The notes beneath the pieces were generated by a model, which worked only from the letters and a program-made list of their open reading frames with translations, was not told where the DNA came from and made no database searches. The translations under genes were made by a program, and so were the position numbers. 64,000 nt of DNA from positions 3,520,001 through 3,584,000 of the forward strand of contig OY762721.1 in assembly GCA_963666345.1 (NCBI GenBank), given 5' to 3'. The stretch comes from Desulfatiglandales bacterium. GTDB taxonomy: Bacteria; Desulfobacterota; DSM-4660; Desulfatiglandales; Desulfatiglandaceae. Below are positions 60,882-64,000 of this stretch, piece by piece (the stretch's first letter is position 1; each line of letters begins with the position of its first letter).

Positions 60882-62399
60882 ATGCTCACAGTGGAAACAA
60901 TCCGTAAGATACGATTAGCTGTTCTCAGAGATGGCAAATCCATACGTCAGACAGCGAAGGATCTGCGCCTTAGCAAAAATACAGTAAAAAAGGCGATAAG
61001 GAGCGGAGAAACATCTTTTCAGTACGAACGAAGCAACCAGCCAAGACCCAAGCTGGGGCCGTTTATAGACATGCTGAAAGGCTTTCTGGAAGAAGACGAG
61101 AAACTGCCCAAAAAACTGCGCAGGACAGCCCAGATACTTTTTGAAGAGCTGCAACTCAACGGCTACGAAGGTGGCTATGACAGCGTACGGAGATATGTTC
61201 AAAGATGGCGCCAGGATCAAAGGAGCTTGCCAAAGGAGGTATTTATACCTTTGGTATTTGATCCTGCAGAAGCCTTTCAGTTTGACTGGAGTCATGAGTG
61301 GGTAGATCTGGACGGAAGCAGAGTAAAGGCAAAGGTTGCACATATAAGGTTATGTCACAGCCGCTACTTCCTTTGTATTGCCTACCCCAGAGAAACCCAG
61401 GAGATGGTGTTTGATGCCCATATCAGGGCCTTTGAGTTTTTTGGGGGAGTTTGCCGTAAAGGCATCTATGACAATCTCAAAACAGTGGTTAACAAGATCC
61501 TGGGAGGAAGGGAAAGACAGTTCAACAGCCGCTTCAGCCAACTGTGTTCCCATTATTTATTTGAACCGGTAAGCTGCACCCCTGCTGCAGGTTGGGAAAA
61601 GGGTCAGGTGGAAAACCAGGTAGGTGTGGTCAGAAGGAGATTTTTCACTCCCCGAATCAAGGCCAGGGATTTCACACACCTAAACGAGCTGCTTAGAGAA
61701 CAATGCATCACCTGGGCAAAGACCCGTAAGCATCCAACAATATCTGATAAGACGGTTTGGCAGGTCTACAGTGAAGAGAGACCCTATCTGATAAATCTAC
61801 CACCTCTCTTTGATGGATATGCACAACGTCCAGCCAGGGTTACCCCCAGCTCACTTGTAACCTATGACCGGAACCGATACAGCGTTAATTGCAGCCAGGT
61901 GGGTAAAGCGGTCTATATGAGAGTATATGCCGATCGGATAGTGATAGTAAATAACGGTTGTATCGTAGGAGAGCATGATAGGCATTTTGGAAAGAACAAG
62001 ACTATTTTTAATCCCTGGCATTATGTCCCGGTCCTTGAACGTAAGCCCGGGGCTCTCCGTAATGGAGCCCCCTTTAAAGACTGGCAACTTCCCGATCCTG
62101 TCGAAGGCGTCCTAAATGGGCTTCAAAACCGTTTTTCCGACTGGGACCGTCAGTTTGTGGCCATTCTAAATGCTGTTCCTTTCTACGGACTTGAGGCTGT
62201 AAGTAAAGCCTGTAAGGAGGCCCTAAAGATAAGGGCCGTAAGTAAAGAGGTGGTTCTCAATCTTTTAAACAGGGATCAGGATCAGGATTGCACGCCTGAT
62301 TTGGGTATCCCCTCCCATCTGATTCTCAAGCAAGAGCCCATAGCAGACTGCCGCCGCTATGAACGTTTGGTAAGGGAGGGATACCATGCTGCGCAATGA
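60882..62399 (+). CDS. istA: IS21 transposase
   Basis: Protein identical to 42028-43545. Confidence 0.96.
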   Translation: MLTVETIRKIRLAVLRDGKSIRQTAKDLRLSKNTVKKAIRSGETSFQYERSNQPRPKLGPFIDMLKGFLEEDEKLPKKLRRTAQILFEELQLNGYEGGYDSVRRYVQRWRQDQRSLPKEVFIPLVFDPAEAFQFDWSHEWVDLDGSRVKAKVAHIRLCHSRYFLCIAYPRETQEMVFDAHIRAFEFFGGVCRKGIYDNLKTVVNKILGGRERQFNSRFSQLCSHYLFEPVSCTPAAGWEKGQVENQVGVVRRRFFTPRIKARDFTHLNELLREQCITWAKTRKHPTISDKTVWQVYSEERPYLINLPPLFDGYAQRPARVTPSSLVTYDRNRYSVNCSQVGKAVYMRVYADRIVIVNNGCIVGEHDRHFGKNKTIFNPWHYVPVLERKPGALRNGAPFKDWQLPDPVEGVLNGLQNRFSDWDRQFVAILNAVPFYGLEAVSKACKEALKIRAVSKEVVLNLLNRDQDQDCTPDLGIPSHLILKQEPIADCRRYERLVREGYHAAQ

Positions 62400-63117
62400 T
62401 ATCATGGACCAGATGGAAAAACTAAAGTTGCGGGGTATGCAGTCCATTTATGATGAAGTTGTCTCCAATGGACGCAAGAGCCATTCAACGCCTGAAAAGG
62501 TAATCCTGGAACTGCTCAAGGCTGAAGCTGCCGAAAGATATATAAGGAGTATCCGATATCGTATGGGACAGGCCAGGTTTCCTGTCCTTAAAGATATCGA
62601 TGGCTTTGATTTTAACGGGGCCTGTGTTGATGAAGCCCAGATTAGGTCTATTTATCAGGGTGATTTTATAGCCGAACATATCAACCTGATTTTTGTAGGT
62701 GGCACCGGTACGGGCAAAACCCATTTAGCCATAACTATAGCGGCCCAGGCCATAAGGAATGGCAGGAAGTGCAAGTTTTATAACCTGGTGGATCTGGCAA
62801 ATGAGCTTGAGCAGGAAAAAATGATTGGATTGGCCGGCAAAATCACAGCAAGACTACTTCGATTTGATCTTGTGGTCCTCGATGAACTGGGTTATCTGCC
62901 TTTTTCCAAAAACGGCAGTCAACTGCTCTTTCATCTTATATCAAAACTCTACGAACAGACATCCATAGTGATTACCACCAACTTGACCTTCGGTGAATGG
63001 CCCCAAGTCTTTGGAGATAAAAAGATGACTACGGCCATGCTTGATCGGTTGACTCATCATTGTGAAATTATAGAAACAGGTAACGAAAGCTGGAGAATGA
63101 AACACGCAGCTTCATAG
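62386..63117 (+). CDS. istB: IS21 helper ATPase
   Basis: Protein identical to 41310-42041. Confidence 0.96.
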   Translation: MLRNDIMDQMEKLKLRGMQSIYDEVVSNGRKSHSTPEKVILELLKAEAAERYIRSIRYRMGQARFPVLKDIDGFDFNGACVDEAQIRSIYQGDFIAEHINLIFVGGTGTGKTHLAITIAAQAIRNGRKCKFYNLVDLANELEQEKMIGLAGKITARLLRFDLVVLDELGYLPFSKNGSQLLFHLISKLYEQTSIVITTNLTFGEWPQVFGDKKMTTAMLDRLTHHCEIIETGNESWRMKHAAS

Positions 63118-63687
63118 ATAAAGAAGGGATCAACTACTCAACTATTTAACCATATTTTTTTCTCAGGGGTGGGTCAATTTTGGACGCCGATGATGGGTCA
63201 ATTTTCAACGCCTATTGACAATCCTATGGATGAAATAAAAGCAGCTGTATGAGCTTGTTTTCTAAAGAGATATAAGTAGCTGAAGATATTGGGATAAGAT
63301 TAGATATTGGCTTTGATGGTCTTTAGCTGGAGATGTTTGTAAAGGCTTACCTGGAAGACAGGGAGAAGGTAAAGCAGCTGCCCGGCATATAAGCCTATCT
63401 TATTAACCGGGCAAGCTGTAGCTACCCTTTATCTGGCTATGATAAAGCAACCGTCCAAGATTCTTGGTCTTTCCATCCACAAATCAAAAATATTCAGGAT
63501 TTCAACAAGCATATAACCTCTTCACATCTATACAAAAAGCAACTTTGCTACTTAATGTAATTAGGTATTTATTAGGTATATTACTGGTATATATTTATCA
63601 TGCTTTATATTGACTTTTACTTTATTTATATGCCAATAAATATTTGATTATCAATTTTATTAGTTTCTAGTATTTGGTTTTTTATCA

Positions 63688-63768
63688 GTTTTTGAAAAAG
63701 CCAAACCCCGAGCAATCGAGGGACGGAAAGCCACGGGTCTTAAATAGACAGCCGGGTTGCCGAAAGGT
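63688..63768 (+). ncRNA. c-di-GMP-I (GEMM-I) riboswitch
   Basis: GCCAAACCCC..GCAA..GGGACGGAAAGCCACGGGTCT..AGACAGCCGGGTTGCCG matches the GEMM-I layout; lies in a 5' UTR. Confidence 0.85.
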
Positions 63769-63832
63769 GCCCGGCTGTAGCTGTTTAAGGCCACCAAAAT
63801 GAATAGATAAAATTTGGGGTAGGGAGGACAAT

Positions 63833-64000
63833 ATGGTTTTCAAAATCACGAGATTTACATTCTTGACAGCCTTTCTGATCTTTATAATTCTAGCCAATTG
63901 GGCTTTCTGTGAACAGTGGCCTCCTAACTCATGGTATCGATGTCCATATTGCTACCATGTTCAGGACAATTACAATTCAGGGGTATGTGAAAGCTGTGGC
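63833..64000 (+). CDS. Secreted hypothetical protein with CxxC motifs (3' partial)
   Basis: GGAGG RBS; MVFKITRFTFLTAFLIFIILANWAFC...CPYC...CESC, open to the window end. Confidence 0.7.
   Translation, partial: MVFKITRFTFLTAFLIFIILANWAFCEQWPPNSWYRCPYCYHVQDNYNSGVCESCG

Larger units (their letters stand above)
60768..63220 (+). mobile_element. IS21-family element, copy 2 (2453 bp)
   Basis: Same ends and same proteins as copy 1, opposite orientation. Confidence 0.96.
39457..64000. mobile_element. tRNA-Arg-anchored genomic island (right end not seen in the window)
   Basis: Integrase next to the tRNA 3' end, excisionase, visible AT shift, IS copies and accessory cargo. Confidence 0.8.

Noticed and set aside
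63221..63520. Missing N-terminus of xis or of the truncated AAA gene beyond IS21 copy 2
   Set aside because: Manual joins gave no TSD and no convincing reading frame

Overview
The window looks like a bacterial chromosome segment; gene content and protein style suggest a deltaproteobacterial (Desulfobacterota-like) host, which is an inference. 1-13.6 kb: end of the dcw cluster (murB-ftsQ-ftsA-ftsZ), a radical SAM gene, a DUF362/polyferredoxin pair, lpxR-like, DUF2959 and recG. 13.7-27 kb: an accessory patchwork with an IS200, IS4 and dnaE remnants, a Phd/VapC toxin-antitoxin pair, degenerate attC-like sites, a four-helix-bundle cassette nested in a dispersed repeat, several pseudogenes and an ISL3 that disrupts a secreted-protein gene. 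27-39.4 kb: housekeeping genes (purM, tatA, acyl-CoA synthetase, ABC-F, MrfA/MrfB-like fused helicase, comF, rfaE2) and tRNA-Arg(ACG). From 39.46 kb to the end lies a visibly AT-richer integrative island: tyrosine integrase, broken excisionase, two inverted IS21 copies, a truncated tandem-AAA ATPase, a GntR/M24/TRAP/MFS cargo module, IHF, an ori-like inverted repeat and a c-di-GMP-I riboswitch. The best candidate for an undescribed system is in this island: a WYL regulator divergent from an operon of a ClpP-like protease, a large tandem-AAA ATPase, a Tat-signal protein and a MraZ-like protein, with a convergent UDG-fold gene. All family calls come from motif recognition by eye; no database search was run.
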